A program made the translations under genes and the position numbers. A stretch of 63,458 nt of DNA, counting the filler, from an uncultured Methanosarcinales archaeon (GTDB taxonomy: Archaea; Nanobdellota; Nanobdellia; Woesearchaeales; CAYXTQ01), in assembly GCA_964608065.1 (NCBI GenBank). It is 6 parts of 6 records of this genome, joined end to end, with 100 filler letters (N's around TTAATTAATTAA, not from the genome) between each part and the next. Parts side by side here need not be neighbours in the genome. Positions count along the whole stretch, not along the records: positions 46,113 to 56,476 come from CAZSMA010000053.1; positions 56,577 to 63,458 come from CAZSMA010000076.1; 4 more parts are not named here. One strand, 5' to 3'. The notes under the pieces were generated by a model, which was not told where the DNA came from, searched no databases, and saw nothing but the letters and a program-made list of their open reading frames with translations. Positions 50,101-59,525 of this stretch are shown piece by piece; position 1 is the stretch's first letter; the number at the start of each line of letters is the position of its first letter.

Positions 50101-51230
50101 TTATCATAAAAAGTTAAAGTATCTAAACCTGGAACAATATCATTATCAGGATCAGAGGCAGTTACAGTTAACTCAAAAGATACATTCTCTGCAAAACTTT
50201 GATTAGCTATCGCATCTAATACAGGAGCATCATTCACATTAGTAACATTTATTGTTATATTGTTGCTGTCTGTTGTATTATAACTATCATAAACTGTAAA
50301 GTAAATTGTCTCATTTCCAAACCAGTTTGGTGTTGGATTAAAACTTACTTTATTATCGCTTGTGTCAATAACAACTTTTACTGAACTATTCCCAGTCACA
50401 TTAAAAGTTAAACTATCCTGATTTGCACCAGTACACTCTATTGTATCATTATCATAGAAATATTCATCCAGATCAATAGCATTTGTATTATTTATATCTT
50501 CTGTTACACTAACATTTCCTATTGTGTTGTTCAATACAGGAACCCTGTTCGTGTTATTAACACTAAGATTCCATGGTTGTGTATCTTCTAATTCACCTGA
50601 ATCAGTAACATTTAATGTTATATTATATATTCCAGCATCACAATAATTTGGACTATAAGTCCACGTGGTGTTGGAACTTTGATTTACTCCATCTTTAAGC
50701 CATTCAATTGTTAAAACATCTCCATATGCAGTATCAGGATCAGTTGCAGTATAATTAAAAGAAAACCCTACTGAATAATTTTCAGCAACACTTGGTGTTA
50801 AATCTGTAGGGACATAGGATGTAATATTAGGAGGATCATTAACATTAGTTATATTAACCAATACATCTTGTAATATTGATTCAAATGAAGTATCTTTAAC
50901 AATAATTGAAATATGTACACCACCAGTATGCTCATTTACATCATCATTTGTTGGAGTAAAATTAATTAAAGCAGCTGTTGAATTTATTTTTCCCATATCA
51001 AACACAGAAACTAGGTCTTCAGAATCATCAGTAAAATTCAATGGATACTCTCCGTCAGCATCAGATGCAGTTACTGTAAAATTATATGTACTGTCTTGTG
51101 CTACTTCTATTGTAGTTGGGACATTTATAAATGTAGGATTAGCTGCAAAAACTACTTTTACTGAACACACTAATATTGCTATTGCTATTAAAAACCCAAT
51201 TTTTGTTTTTTTGTTATTAAATTTATACAT
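47109..51230 (-). CDS. Giant cadherin/Ig-like repeat surface glycoprotein
   Basis: Signal peptide; about 10 NxxP...A.D.D.D.L repeats; many N-x-S/T sequons; Gly linker; C-terminal TM. Confidence 0.88.
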   Translation of the reverse strand: MYKFNNKKTKIGFLIAIAILVCSVKVVFAANPTFINVPTTIEVAQDSTYNFTVTASDADGEYPLNFTDDSEDLVSVFDMGKINSTAALINFTPTNDDVNEHTGGVHISIIVKDTSFESILQDVLVNITNVNDPPNITSYVPTDLTPSVAENYSVGFSFNYTATDPDTAYGDVLTIEWLKDGVNQSSNTTWTYSPNYCDAGIYNITLNVTDSGELEDTQPWNLSVNNTNRVPVLNNTIGNVSVTEDINNTNAIDLDEYFYDNDTIECTGANQDSLTFNVTGNSSVKVVIDTSDNKVSFNPTPNWFGNETIYFTVYDSYNTTDSNNITINVTNVNDAPVLDAIANQSFAENVSFELTVTASDPDNDIVPGLDTLTFYDNTSLFNINPSSGVISFTPTNADVGIHIVNITVSDSSLNDSQLVWFNVTANNPPVLDSIGNQTGEEGTAFSMTVTASDPDSDTLVFSSNYSRFTVATVNSTAATFSFTPDNDDVGNHTIEIFVNDSWNAVDSEVIWLNIINVNNPPVLANIENQSITLNKTFTLSVTASDADSDPLTYYTNDTTFNVTTISNSYGFFNLTFNSTNDIGNFTVNVTVSDGAKNDSQLVGFSVYDNRPPVFNAVSDQTLTEDTIFFLNISADDPDYDNLTFDTNSTLFNLTWVNASMSKLNFTPNSSQAGVYNITFNVTDDKFKVNMTVVFTINEFNDAPYFDPPLVNLSGMQDTLFTYNVNASDEENGTDEVEGNLHFSTNATFFTIDETTGEISFTPTNADVGTHAINISVNDTVKKNTTTIWFIIAEYNDPPNITAFAPNNTALNITENSSQQFNISVNEPDGDTVTYSWLLDGVEQSTTQNWTYYPNFGAAGVHNLTTVVSDGTLTDSQYWNVTVINLNRVPVFGLKTQTNQTDFTGGTNVNTNATAEAGNVTLARNTSITYYNTGNFTSSVIDLSADSDDVALNNITWSHDPLNDTNITMQTRTSSDNSAWTGWSNIYTNSSVTPINSTDNRYIQYMAFLSTNDTNKTPVLEEISLSYNIANFTGTEDTVYVNWIDLDHFFSDPDGTTLNYSHSISTSSLTVTIANGTNLVTLTPDSNWYGTAILTFTANDSEVNATSNEITLTFTDVSEPSTATPSSGGGGGGGRSVVVRTQTKLLNITEPTFLELVVPGTLQVGPNSTIIAPITLKNEGNRTLEGIDLSAYTNTSQVTFEFTKDHFDKLSPNQKEKTNLIITTHNVTGAFSVKIEARVTNPDVKDTALIQMSVLENVSERVRYVRDLFMLNPECLELNELLIQAQAALNKGEHDQANYVLNQAIEGCKYLLTAGPRQFKLSPVIKASGKLLISIVMLIVILLLAFIYYFIKKSRREKKSKRRVKKEKEEDLFS

Positions 51231-51231
51231 T

Positions 51232-51606
51232 TTACTCTATTACCTTAAATTTAACAATCTGATGTTCATGATTATAGTTTTCATCTTTTATGATAATAGC
51301 AACATAATGCTCTCCAACATCCTTTTCATTGGGTGTAAAACTAATAACTCCTTCTTTGGTTATATTAAACAAGAGAGTATCATCCGAAAATCTAACCATA
51401 CTATCTTCAGTATTTGGAATAATTTTTATAGCGTACATCATACCTGCAATAGCTTCTTGTTCAGGAATTTCTCCTATATGATACTCATCTACAGGACCTG
51501 TAACCAAACCTGTAATTGTTGGCTTTATTGAATATAACAAAGTAATAAAGCTAATTACTAATAATAAAAACATTACACCAAGGATATCTTTTTTATTTAT
51601 TGTCAT
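51232..51606 (-). CDS. Small membrane-anchored single Ig/cadherin-like protein
   Basis: TM + ITGLVTG; FSDDTLLFNI...GVISFTP...DVGEH matches repeats of the neighbouring gene. Confidence 0.8.
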   Translation of the reverse strand: MTINKKDILGVMFLLLVISFITLLYSIKPTITGLVTGPVDEYHIGEIPEQEAIAGMMYAIKIIPNTEDSMVRFSDDTLLFNITKEGVISFTPNEKDVGEHYVAIIIKDENYNHEHQIVKFKVIE

Positions 51607-54600
51607 TTTTTTTTTCCTTTTGTTAACTTTATTTCATCATACAATCTTTTAATTGCATCATAAACTTTCTTTTTTTCCTTATCAGAAAGTTTATTGTAAG
51701 TTTTCATCACATCATAATACAACATTTTGCTTTTTTTTCCCTCACCCTCTCTTAAATAAATTCCTGCTTGCGATATCATAGCATATATTCTTTTTAACCC
51801 AGTGCCTTTAATTTTAATTACTTCCATTTTTTTTCTTTCCTTTTTCTTTTCTATTCTCTCCCCTGTAATTTCTTCTTTGCCCTCTTCTTTCATAATTTTT
51901 TCACCAGTATTCTCTGCAGTTAATTCTATAATCTCTCTTATCTCAACTATTAAAGCCTTTAATTCATCTTTTGTTAATGCACCTCCACCAAACTCTATTT
52001 GAGTAATTCTCTTAAAGAATGAACCAAGCACATGAGCTAAAGCTGGCTTTAACTTTTTGGTCTTGAACTCTTTTTCCAATTCCTCATAAGTAAACTCATA
52101 TTCAATATTAAACTGCTGCCTGAAGAACTCTCTGATTATCACTGAGAACTCTCTTGAAAGTGTTTCTAATGTCTCTGTTTTTACCTTTTGTTCTAACTTA
52201 TCCAACCTCTCAAGTATTGTCTGTCTCAGTGGTTTTACTTCAACTGAAGGAACCTTCTTCTTCTTTTTCAGAGTAAATTTTGATTTAATTTTCAGCAAAA
52301 CTTTTGCAAGATATGGGCTTGAAAGTTTATAAGCAAAGAACATTAGAACTATACTTAGCAATCCTATGACTCCTGTCAAAATTAATGTTCTTCTTTGCCC
52401 TGCAAGCAACACACCACAGTCATCTGGACAATTATCTGCATCTTCCCCTTCCCCACAAACACCATTCCCACATAAACAACCGCTTCCATCATAAATCTCT
52501 GATTTCTTAATTTTCTTGCCTATTACAACAAGCTGATCATCAGGCAAGCAGTCAGTAACAGGGAATTTATAATAGCTGGTATGACCTAACAAAGGCTTAT
52601 CTTTTTCAGCTAACAATTGCTCAGAGATTACCCTCTCTATAAGTTTTCTTGCAACAGGCTCAGAGATTAATCCAGTATGTGTAACATTTATACTCCAGAA
52701 ATCCTCGCATTTATTTTTTATATAACCGTCTCCTACACGCTGAGCACTTCTGACAGTAACAATACCATCACTATCCTCAAATATTTCTAAAAGCTCTGCT
52801 GTTGTTGTCTTAAATAATAGAAGATTAAATTCATAAGGTTTTGTTCCTGCTATTACATAATAATCTACTCCAGGAACCCTTGGTGTGATAACTCCTGTTA
52901 CCAATTCTTGCAGTACAATCTCATCCAGCCTAAATAGATTGAATGAAGATTTTAGATTCACTAGGTGCTTGAATAGATTTTGATATGCTTGTGCTGCAGG
53001 TGTACCTTCATTTGGAACACCAACTAAAATCATTTTTTTAACCTTATCAACAAAAGTATACTCTATTTGTTCCTGATTTGCTAAATTACCTTGGTACAAT
53101 GCCTGCTGCGCTATTAATCCTCCAATTGAATGCGCTACAATAAACACCCTGTCATATTCACTTGAATGAGCTTCTAGATGATGCATAAGATCTTTAGCAT
53201 TCTTATCAGTACCTTTGAAAGCAGGATAGCCAAATACCCATGTTTGCAATGGCTGGTCTGTTAGTTTAATATCATCAATTATATTTTGGTAAGAGGCCAC
53301 ACTTCCTGCTAAACCATGAATCAGGACAATAGCATCTCTGCTTGGAGTAGTAGGCTCATGAACTTTTAGGAATGTTGAATTCAAACAATTAATGCATAAA
53401 ATACCCATTAAAGCAAATTGCGCAGTACCATCTATAACATACTTGCCAATGTCTGTAACATTTGCAGTTACAGTCTTAATATTTTTATCTAATCTTCCAC
53501 CAATATAATCCCATTCATCTTCACCAATTCTTGCGTACATAGCTATTGAATCTTCATCAATCTCATCTGATCTGATATAAGGCATGGTTATTACAGAACC
53601 TAAACTTCCATTGCCTGCTTTTGATATTTCTATATTTATAGGAGTGCCTATTATCTTCAAACTTGGATTTTTTGGCTGTGGCACTGGTTTATCAGGCATT
53701 TTTAATAAAGCCTCTGCACCCTTAAATGCTTCACCATAGAATTTGACTTTATTAGACCCGGATTTCAATGTTTCTTCAAAAGATTTTAAAGTTAAATTAA
53801 CCTTCTCAACAGTTATAGGCATGAACTCTGGTTGCAATACTGTTTCCTTTCTCAATAACTCCTCCATTATTTCACCACCGCACTCAAGTTCTGTTATCTC
53901 TGAAAGTTTTTCTGGATAGCATTGTTCACCTGTACACCTTAAGACCCTTACATCAGTAAAATCATCAGGAACACTAACAGTAAGCTCATAACTTCTACCA
54001 TGGCAATGCAAATTAAAAGGAGGCGCTGCTATGGAATAGCCTTCAGGTAATTTTACATAAGAGCTCAACTCCCCCCTTCTTATATTCAATATATCTCTTT
54101 CAGCCCTTGTAACATTTACACAAGGCACTGTTGCTAATTTAGTCTCGCAAGGTGGACAAGGCCCTCCGCAATCAACCCCTTCTTCACCCTGATTTTGAAT
54201 TCCATCATAACATGTTTCACAAGATTCACAGTCTTCTCCCCCGCAATCAACATCTTCTTCATCCCAATCCTTTATTCCATTAAAACAATGAGGGAAAGTT
54301 ACACAAGCCATAGACACTTCTGGATCTTCTTCATCTTCTATACCACAATTATTCAAATCAAGACATTCTCTAATCATAGTTTTGTTAGATAAACATTCAC
54401 TCCATTCTCCACACCACCAGTCTGTCTTACATTCATACTTTGCACCTCCAAGACCTCCTCCTCCACCACCCCCAGCTCCACCACCACCAGCTGCGCTAGC
54501 TGGAGCTGGCTCACTAGTTTCTGGTGTATTGGTTATAGTTAAATGAACAACATTGCTATCAGTTGAATTTGTACTGTCAAATGCTGAAAATGTTACAGTC

Positions 54601-55268
54601 CTTAAACCATACCAATTTGAATCTGGAGTAAATGTAACTACATGACTGCTTGAATTACTCCATGTAATCCGGATATTTTGTATAGGTGTATGATTATAGC
54701 TTATGTTGTCTCCATCAGGATCAGTAAAATAATCATCTAAGTTAAGTCCTGTCAAAGTTGTATCTTCCCTCCATGTAAAGTCAGGAATATTTGATGTTAA
54801 AACAGGAGCTCTGTTATACATTATTACTTCAAAATCATAATCTTTATACTCGCTTCTGCTATTCTTGCATGTAAGATTATCATCAACCATGATTCCAATA
54901 GTTTGAGTACCAACTAATGAATCGTCAGTAAGAGTCAAATTAATAATACCAATAGTTGTATCACCTGTTTGGTTGTAATATGTTATTTCCAGCCAATCAC
55001 TACCTTCTATAAAAGTAAGTGTTGTATTATCACTGTCTGTACCGTTTATAAAATAAACAAAAGGATTCTCTATTGTAACATTTGGTTTAAATGGTTGATC
55101 ATTCATAACTGGAGCATTATTTAAACATAATTCTACTGTACCTGTTGCTTCTCCACTTATTTCAGGCTGCTTTGGAGTTGTTTTTATATAAACTACTAAA
55201 TTACTTACAACTGATATAATTATGAAAATCAATGCCAGTGCTGCTATAACATTATTTGAAATCTTCAT
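51603..55268 (-). CDS. Multidomain surface protein: Ig-like + Cys-rich repeats + alpha/beta hydrolase + TM + cytoplasmic tail
   Basis: DCGG.C..C repeats; LIHGLAG, AHSIGG nucleophile elbow, DSDGIV, VTH; CGNGVC...CPDDC; TM. Confidence 0.85.
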   Translation of the reverse strand: MKISNNVIAALALIFIIISVVSNLVVYIKTTPKQPEISGEATGTVELCLNNAPVMNDQPFKPNVTIENPFVYFINGTDSDNTTLTFIEGSDWLEITYYNQTGDTTIGIINLTLTDDSLVGTQTIGIMVDDNLTCKNSRSEYKDYDFEVIMYNRAPVLTSNIPDFTWREDTTLTGLNLDDYFTDPDGDNISYNHTPIQNIRITWSNSSSHVVTFTPDSNWYGLRTVTFSAFDSTNSTDSNVVHLTITNTPETSEPAPASAAGGGGAGGGGGGGLGGAKYECKTDWWCGEWSECLSNKTMIRECLDLNNCGIEDEEDPEVSMACVTFPHCFNGIKDWDEEDVDCGGEDCESCETCYDGIQNQGEEGVDCGGPCPPCETKLATVPCVNVTRAERDILNIRRGELSSYVKLPEGYSIAAPPFNLHCHGRSYELTVSVPDDFTDVRVLRCTGEQCYPEKLSEITELECGGEIMEELLRKETVLQPEFMPITVEKVNLTLKSFEETLKSGSNKVKFYGEAFKGAEALLKMPDKPVPQPKNPSLKIIGTPINIEISKAGNGSLGSVITMPYIRSDEIDEDSIAMYARIGEDEWDYIGGRLDKNIKTVTANVTDIGKYVIDGTAQFALMGILCINCLNSTFLKVHEPTTPSRDAIVLIHGLAGSVASYQNIIDDIKLTDQPLQTWVFGYPAFKGTDKNAKDLMHHLEAHSSEYDRVFIVAHSIGGLIAQQALYQGNLANQEQIEYTFVDKVKKMILVGVPNEGTPAAQAYQNLFKHLVNLKSSFNLFRLDEIVLQELVTGVITPRVPGVDYYVIAGTKPYEFNLLLFKTTTAELLEIFEDSDGIVTVRSAQRVGDGYIKNKCEDFWSINVTHTGLISEPVARKLIERVISEQLLAEKDKPLLGHTSYYKFPVTDCLPDDQLVVIGKKIKKSEIYDGSGCLCGNGVCGEGEDADNCPDDCGVLLAGQRRTLILTGVIGLLSIVLMFFAYKLSSPYLAKVLLKIKSKFTLKKKKKVPSVEVKPLRQTILERLDKLEQKVKTETLETLSREFSVIIREFFRQQFNIEYEFTYEELEKEFKTKKLKPALAHVLGSFFKRITQIEFGGGALTKDELKALIVEIREIIELTAENTGEKIMKEEGKEEITGERIEKKKERKKMEVIKIKGTGLKRIYAMISQAGIYLREGEGKKSKMLYYDVMKTYNKLSDKEKKKVYDAIKRLYDEIKLTKGKKK

Positions 55269-55420
55269 TTTTCTTTATCATACTTATATTTCAACAAAAT
55301 ATACCTTATACCTTCTCTTGTAACTTCAGCCTGATTTGAAAATAAACCATCATCTATTAATTCTTGAATCTGTTTTTTCATCTCCTTACTGACCCTTATA
55401 TGAATTAATTGATCTGTCAT
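55265..55420 (-). CDS. Ribbon-helix-helix protein (not in ORF track, 51 aa)
   Basis: MTDQLIHIRVSKEMKKQIQELIDDGLFSNQAEVTREGIRYILLKY...; ATGA overlaps on both sides. Confidence 0.85.
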   Translation of the reverse strand: MTDQLIHIRVSKEMKKQIQELIDDGLFSNQAEVTREGIRYILLKYKYDKEK

Positions 55421-55590
55421 TCTTTTTGTCTTACCTTCTTCTTCCTTTTATCATACTTGAGTATAATATTCCTTATACCTTCCCTAGAAACCTCAGCATT
55501 ATTAGAAAAAAGACCTTGATCTACTAAAGACTGTATCTTTTTCTTTATTTTTGGTCCAACCCTTATATGGAGTAAATCCATCTGTATCAT
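55417..55590 (-). CDS. Ribbon-helix-helix protein (paralog)
   Basis: MDLLHIRVGPKIKKKIQSLVDQGLFSNNAEVSREGIRNIILKY; CopG/ParD-like G.F...E..R..IR pattern. Confidence 0.85.
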   Translation of the reverse strand: MIQMDLLHIRVGPKIKKKIQSLVDQGLFSNNAEVSREGIRNIILKYDKRKKKVRQKE

Positions 55591-55676
55591 ATATATATCT
55601 AAGTGATATATAAAGATTTCCATTTTTGTATACTACTATAGCTTATTAAATATATCATATATGTATCTAATTGATA
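55585..55676. promoter_or_regulatory. Two 24-bp direct repeats flanking the TATA box, putative RHH operators
   Basis: TATCATATATATATCTAAGTGATA (55585-55608) and TATCATATATGTATCTAATTGATA (55653-55676), 2 mismatches. Confidence 0.6.
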
Positions 55677-55849
55677 CTGTAAATAAAGGCAAAAAAAAAA
55701 AAAATAAAAACAAACTGCTAAACCATTGATAATAGCTACTCAAAAATAAGTTAAATAAATCTACTTCAAAATGGAAAAATTTATATATAAAACCCATAAT
55801 ATCATTATAAATAGTAAAATAATCAAAAAAGAAAAGAAAAAAGAGGAAA

Positions 55850-56083
55850 ATGGAAGATGTATCTAAAACAACAATTGCAATATTGTTAGTTCTTGCTGTA
55901 ATAATCTCTGTAATTGGAACATGGGTTGTATTAAATACTGTAACTCTAACTCAAAAACCACCAACTCAACAAATGACACAAGCTCAAGGAAATTTAAGAT
56001 TAACTGTTTTAAATCCATCTCAACCTGCTACATCTACAGAATCTCAAGCTAATATTAAACTCGAGGTTGTAAGACCCGGGTAA
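55850..56083 (+). CDS. Small membrane-anchored protein
   Basis: VSKTTIAILLVLAVIIS TM; SD GAGG; two G/A-N-x-x-L-x-V strands. Confidence 0.8.
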   Translation: MEDVSKTTIAILLVLAVIISVIGTWVVLNTVTLTQKPPTQQMTQAQGNLRLTVLNPSQPATSTESQANIKLEVVRPG

Positions 56084-56098
56084 GAGGAGGTATAAAAA

Positions 56099-56476
56099 AT
56101 GGCTGAAATTTCAAATAAAACATTGGCTTTATTGCTTATAGCTGCAATTGTTATTTCTTTAGGAGGAATGCTTATAACACTAAACAGGTTATCAAAAATT
56201 TTTGAACCTGGATTAGCTATAACTGGATTTGTTTCAGATACTGGAACAGTAAGTTTAGAGGTAGCAGAAGCTGTTGCTATAAACTTTTCATTTGATACAA
56301 TGGATTGGGGTGCTGGAGCAGTAGATGGTGCTAAGGCTGGTTGTTTATTACAAAATAATTATACAAACGGAAGCGCTTTAACAAATACTGGTGATGCTGT
56401 TGAAAATAATTGTACTACAGATGATTTTTATGGAAATACTTCTAACTTCGTTGTAGAGAACATTGGTAATAGAAAC
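56099..56476 (+). CDS. Membrane-anchored surface protein, 3'-truncated
   Basis: ISNKTLALLLIAAIVIS TM, ITGFVSDTGTVSLEV; SD GGAGGT. Confidence 0.8.
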
Positions 56477-56576
56477 NNNNNNNNNNNNNNNNNNNNNNNN
56501 NNNNNNNNNNNNNNNNNNNNTTAATTAATTAANNNNNNNNNNNNNNNNNNNNNNNNNNNNNNNNNNNNNNNNNNNN
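56477..56576. other. Artificial contig spacer
   Basis: N + TTAATTAATTAA + N. Confidence 0.98.
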
Positions 56577-56769
56577 GGAAAAGAGGATTAATCATAGGAT
56601 TATTATCATTACAGTCCAATTTTATTGGACAACCAGCTCCCTCTTCCATATAACTACAGAAACCATCTTCATCTTCATCCCATGCATCCTGCGCATTTGC
56701 ACTAAAACAAAATAGTATAATAAATAATAATGCAATTAATCCTCTTTTCCGCATAATCTTTCTTATCAT
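56577..56769 (-). CDS. Secreted protein with MopE-like metal-binding repeat, 3'-truncated
   Basis: Signal peptide then DEDEDGFC...DCNDNNPMINP. Confidence 0.7.
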
Positions 56770-56790
56770 TTTTAAATATTTAAATATTAC

Positions 56791-59427
56791 TTATTTCAAT
56801 TCAAGCTCTTTTTTCACTATTTTCTCATCCCAACCTTGATCTATGAGCTTTTTTGCAATAATTTTCTTATCCACTTTTTTTTCTAAAGCTATTTTGATAT
56901 ATTTTTTCATAGGTTCCAAATTTGGTTGTTTTTCAGAAGATAAATTTCCTAATTGTTTGTAAGCAAAATCTATCTGCTTTTGAGACCAACCCTTGTCTGA
57001 TAATTTTTTCTTAATTTGTACCTCTGACATCTTTTTATTTTTTGAATTTTCAATAAAAGTAATTAAAGATTTAATCTCCTCTTTATTTTTAAAAGGCGTT
57101 TTTGAAAACAAAGAACTTAAGCTACCTTTAAATTTATAGAAATAAAATAATCCTGCAATAATAAAAACCATAATTATGATTATAACAAATGTCCAAAATA
57201 AAGGGCTGGATTGCTTGCAATCTTCAGGGCAAGTAATATCATCTTCCAGAATGCTTGTACAAACTCCATCGCCACATACTGCTTCGGATTTTTCTATTTC
57301 TTCTTGTTCTTCAGTTTGAGTAATTATAGTTTTAACTTTATCAACAGTGAAAGCAGAATCTGTTTCCACAATATAATTCAATTCTTTTTTTGAACCTACG
57401 GACAAAGAAGCTATGAACCATTTCACTATAGGATCATTTTTTACAATATTTGATGGAGCCTCTTGAAAATCAATATTGTTAGCAGAACTTGTAACACTCT
57501 TATCAATTACTTCAAAAATATCTATTTTCTTTAAAGCAGATTTTGCAGTAATTTCTTTTTGTACTAATACATATCTTATTTCTTGTTCAGAGAAGTAACT
57601 TAAAACAAAAGAAGCAATAGTTGCCTTAACTTGAACTTTTTCCTGCAAGAAGTAAGTTTCATCTCTTTTAGAACTAGGCACTATATCAGAAGATATATCT
57701 TCAGGTTCAATTGAAACTAAATCGATTAAAGTACCTTCATTAATAATTTTTTTAGGCAAAGTTAATCTAAATTCTTTAATTGCATTTTGCAATTCTTCGG
57801 AATCTCCAGATAAAAGTTGATTTTTAAAATCATTTAATTTAGTTTTAGCATTAGTTATGATTTCTTTTAAATTTAATATCTCTAAAATTAAGCCTGCATT
57901 TTCTTCTAATAACAAAGAATCTAATGCTTCTTCTGTCTCTTGGATTAAGAGTTCAGAACCTGCAACTTCACCTTCTCCCAAAACTTTAAAAATTACTTCC
58001 TTTTCTTCATCAAGAAATTTAACTTTTAATTTTGAATCAATTCCAGCCCTATCAAATGCTTCGGAAATGGTAAGATTAAACAAAGATAAAGGAATCTCTA
58101 AATCATAACCTGTATTATTTAAGTCAATTGAAGAATTTCCAGAAGAAATATGCGTTACCTTACTTGGAATTTTTATCAAACCATAAATGCTAGTAGTTTC
58201 ACCAGGACCATCTGAAGAATCAAAATCAATGTCTAAATTGCTTAAAGTTATTTGGCCAGTACCATTTGCAATAAATTTAAACTCAATCGCACATTCTAAC
58301 TCTCGACAAATTGGTGGGAAATCAACAGGTTCAGAAGAACCTACAAATTTTCTTAAAGCCCATAAGATACTATTAGGAACATATTGCCATTGTAAAAAGT
58401 TTATTGTAGAATTTAAGGTTTTAGTATACTTTGCACCTTTAATTTTTATTGCATAATCAGATAATACTGCTGCTTGACAACTATATTGTTCATTATCTTT
58501 AGAACATCTATAAGCTGTATTAGTTGCACCAGAATCTACTTGAACAGAATAAAGTTCATTACCCTGTATCCTTGTAGAAGAATAAATACAAACTAAATTT
58601 TCTCCAGCTAACCCATAATTGGTATGGATAGAACAAGAAACCCAATTAGTGCTTGTTTGTTCTGGCAAATCACATTCTGCTTCTCCAACCGTAGGATAAA
58701 AAGGATCACTAAAAGATAAAATTAATGCCTTGATATCTCCACCAGTTTGTAATTTTTTATATTGAGCCGAAATTTCATAATCAATACTATGTGGAAAATT
58801 AATTATTTGACAATAATAAGTATTATTATCTAATATTTTTTTTACATCAGAAGCAGGTTCCAAAAAAGTTTTAGGAATGGTGTAATTCTCTTTCCACTGA
58901 ATAAAATTACCTAAATAATACCAATCAATTTCACCATCATTAGTAACATCCATTTTAACATCATTTAGGGTACTATCCACAGGAGCTGAAACGTCTAAAG
59001 CTATATTTTCAATATTAGCATACTGTGGAATCTTAACAGCAATACTTTGTTCTCCAGCTTCTAAAAAAGACAACACTTTTGTAGTATCACTTTGTCCCAA
59101 GGTTGTTTTTTCTTCAGATTTAACATATAATTTAGATGTATTAATTAAAATATCTTCAAAGTTCATTGAATCTTCAACAGACTTAAACACAGAAGAAATT
59201 TTCACATTTAAATTTTCATTTGGATAAATATATTCAGATAAATGTAATATGATTTTCCCAGAAAGTTTTTCACCAACAGAATAATAATCTTTATCTAAAT
59301 CAATTTCTATTAAATCAATGAATGTTTCATTCGTAGTTTGATTTGTAAGGTTTGAATCTTCTGCAATAGTTTGAAATGTAAATACTGCTACTAATAAAGC
59401 AACAATAATTATCATTAATTTCTTCAT
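56791..59427 (-). CDS. Large membrane-anchored surface protein
   Basis: Signal peptide (MKKLMIII...), Cys-containing extracellular region, CGDGVC...CPEDC, TM, two cytoplasmic L...GW...I modules. Confidence 0.8.
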   Translation of the reverse strand: MKKLMIIIVALLVAVFTFQTIAEDSNLTNQTTNETFIDLIEIDLDKDYYSVGEKLSGKIILHLSEYIYPNENLNVKISSVFKSVEDSMNFEDILINTSKLYVKSEEKTTLGQSDTTKVLSFLEAGEQSIAVKIPQYANIENIALDVSAPVDSTLNDVKMDVTNDGEIDWYYLGNFIQWKENYTIPKTFLEPASDVKKILDNNTYYCQIINFPHSIDYEISAQYKKLQTGGDIKALILSFSDPFYPTVGEAECDLPEQTSTNWVSCSIHTNYGLAGENLVCIYSSTRIQGNELYSVQVDSGATNTAYRCSKDNEQYSCQAAVLSDYAIKIKGAKYTKTLNSTINFLQWQYVPNSILWALRKFVGSSEPVDFPPICRELECAIEFKFIANGTGQITLSNLDIDFDSSDGPGETTSIYGLIKIPSKVTHISSGNSSIDLNNTGYDLEIPLSLFNLTISEAFDRAGIDSKLKVKFLDEEKEVIFKVLGEGEVAGSELLIQETEEALDSLLLEENAGLILEILNLKEIITNAKTKLNDFKNQLLSGDSEELQNAIKEFRLTLPKKIINEGTLIDLVSIEPEDISSDIVPSSKRDETYFLQEKVQVKATIASFVLSYFSEQEIRYVLVQKEITAKSALKKIDIFEVIDKSVTSSANNIDFQEAPSNIVKNDPIVKWFIASLSVGSKKELNYIVETDSAFTVDKVKTIITQTEEQEEIEKSEAVCGDGVCTSILEDDITCPEDCKQSSPLFWTFVIIIIMVFIIAGLFYFYKFKGSLSSLFSKTPFKNKEEIKSLITFIENSKNKKMSEVQIKKKLSDKGWSQKQIDFAYKQLGNLSSEKQPNLEPMKKYIKIALEKKVDKKIIAKKLIDQGWDEKIVKKELELK

Positions 59428-59525
59428 TAAACACCTCTTATTCAAAGAGAAATAAGGGATTAAGATTATTTAAAGTTAACTCAGCATACATAATTTATTT
59501 AAACGGAAATAAAATAAGAAGAATT

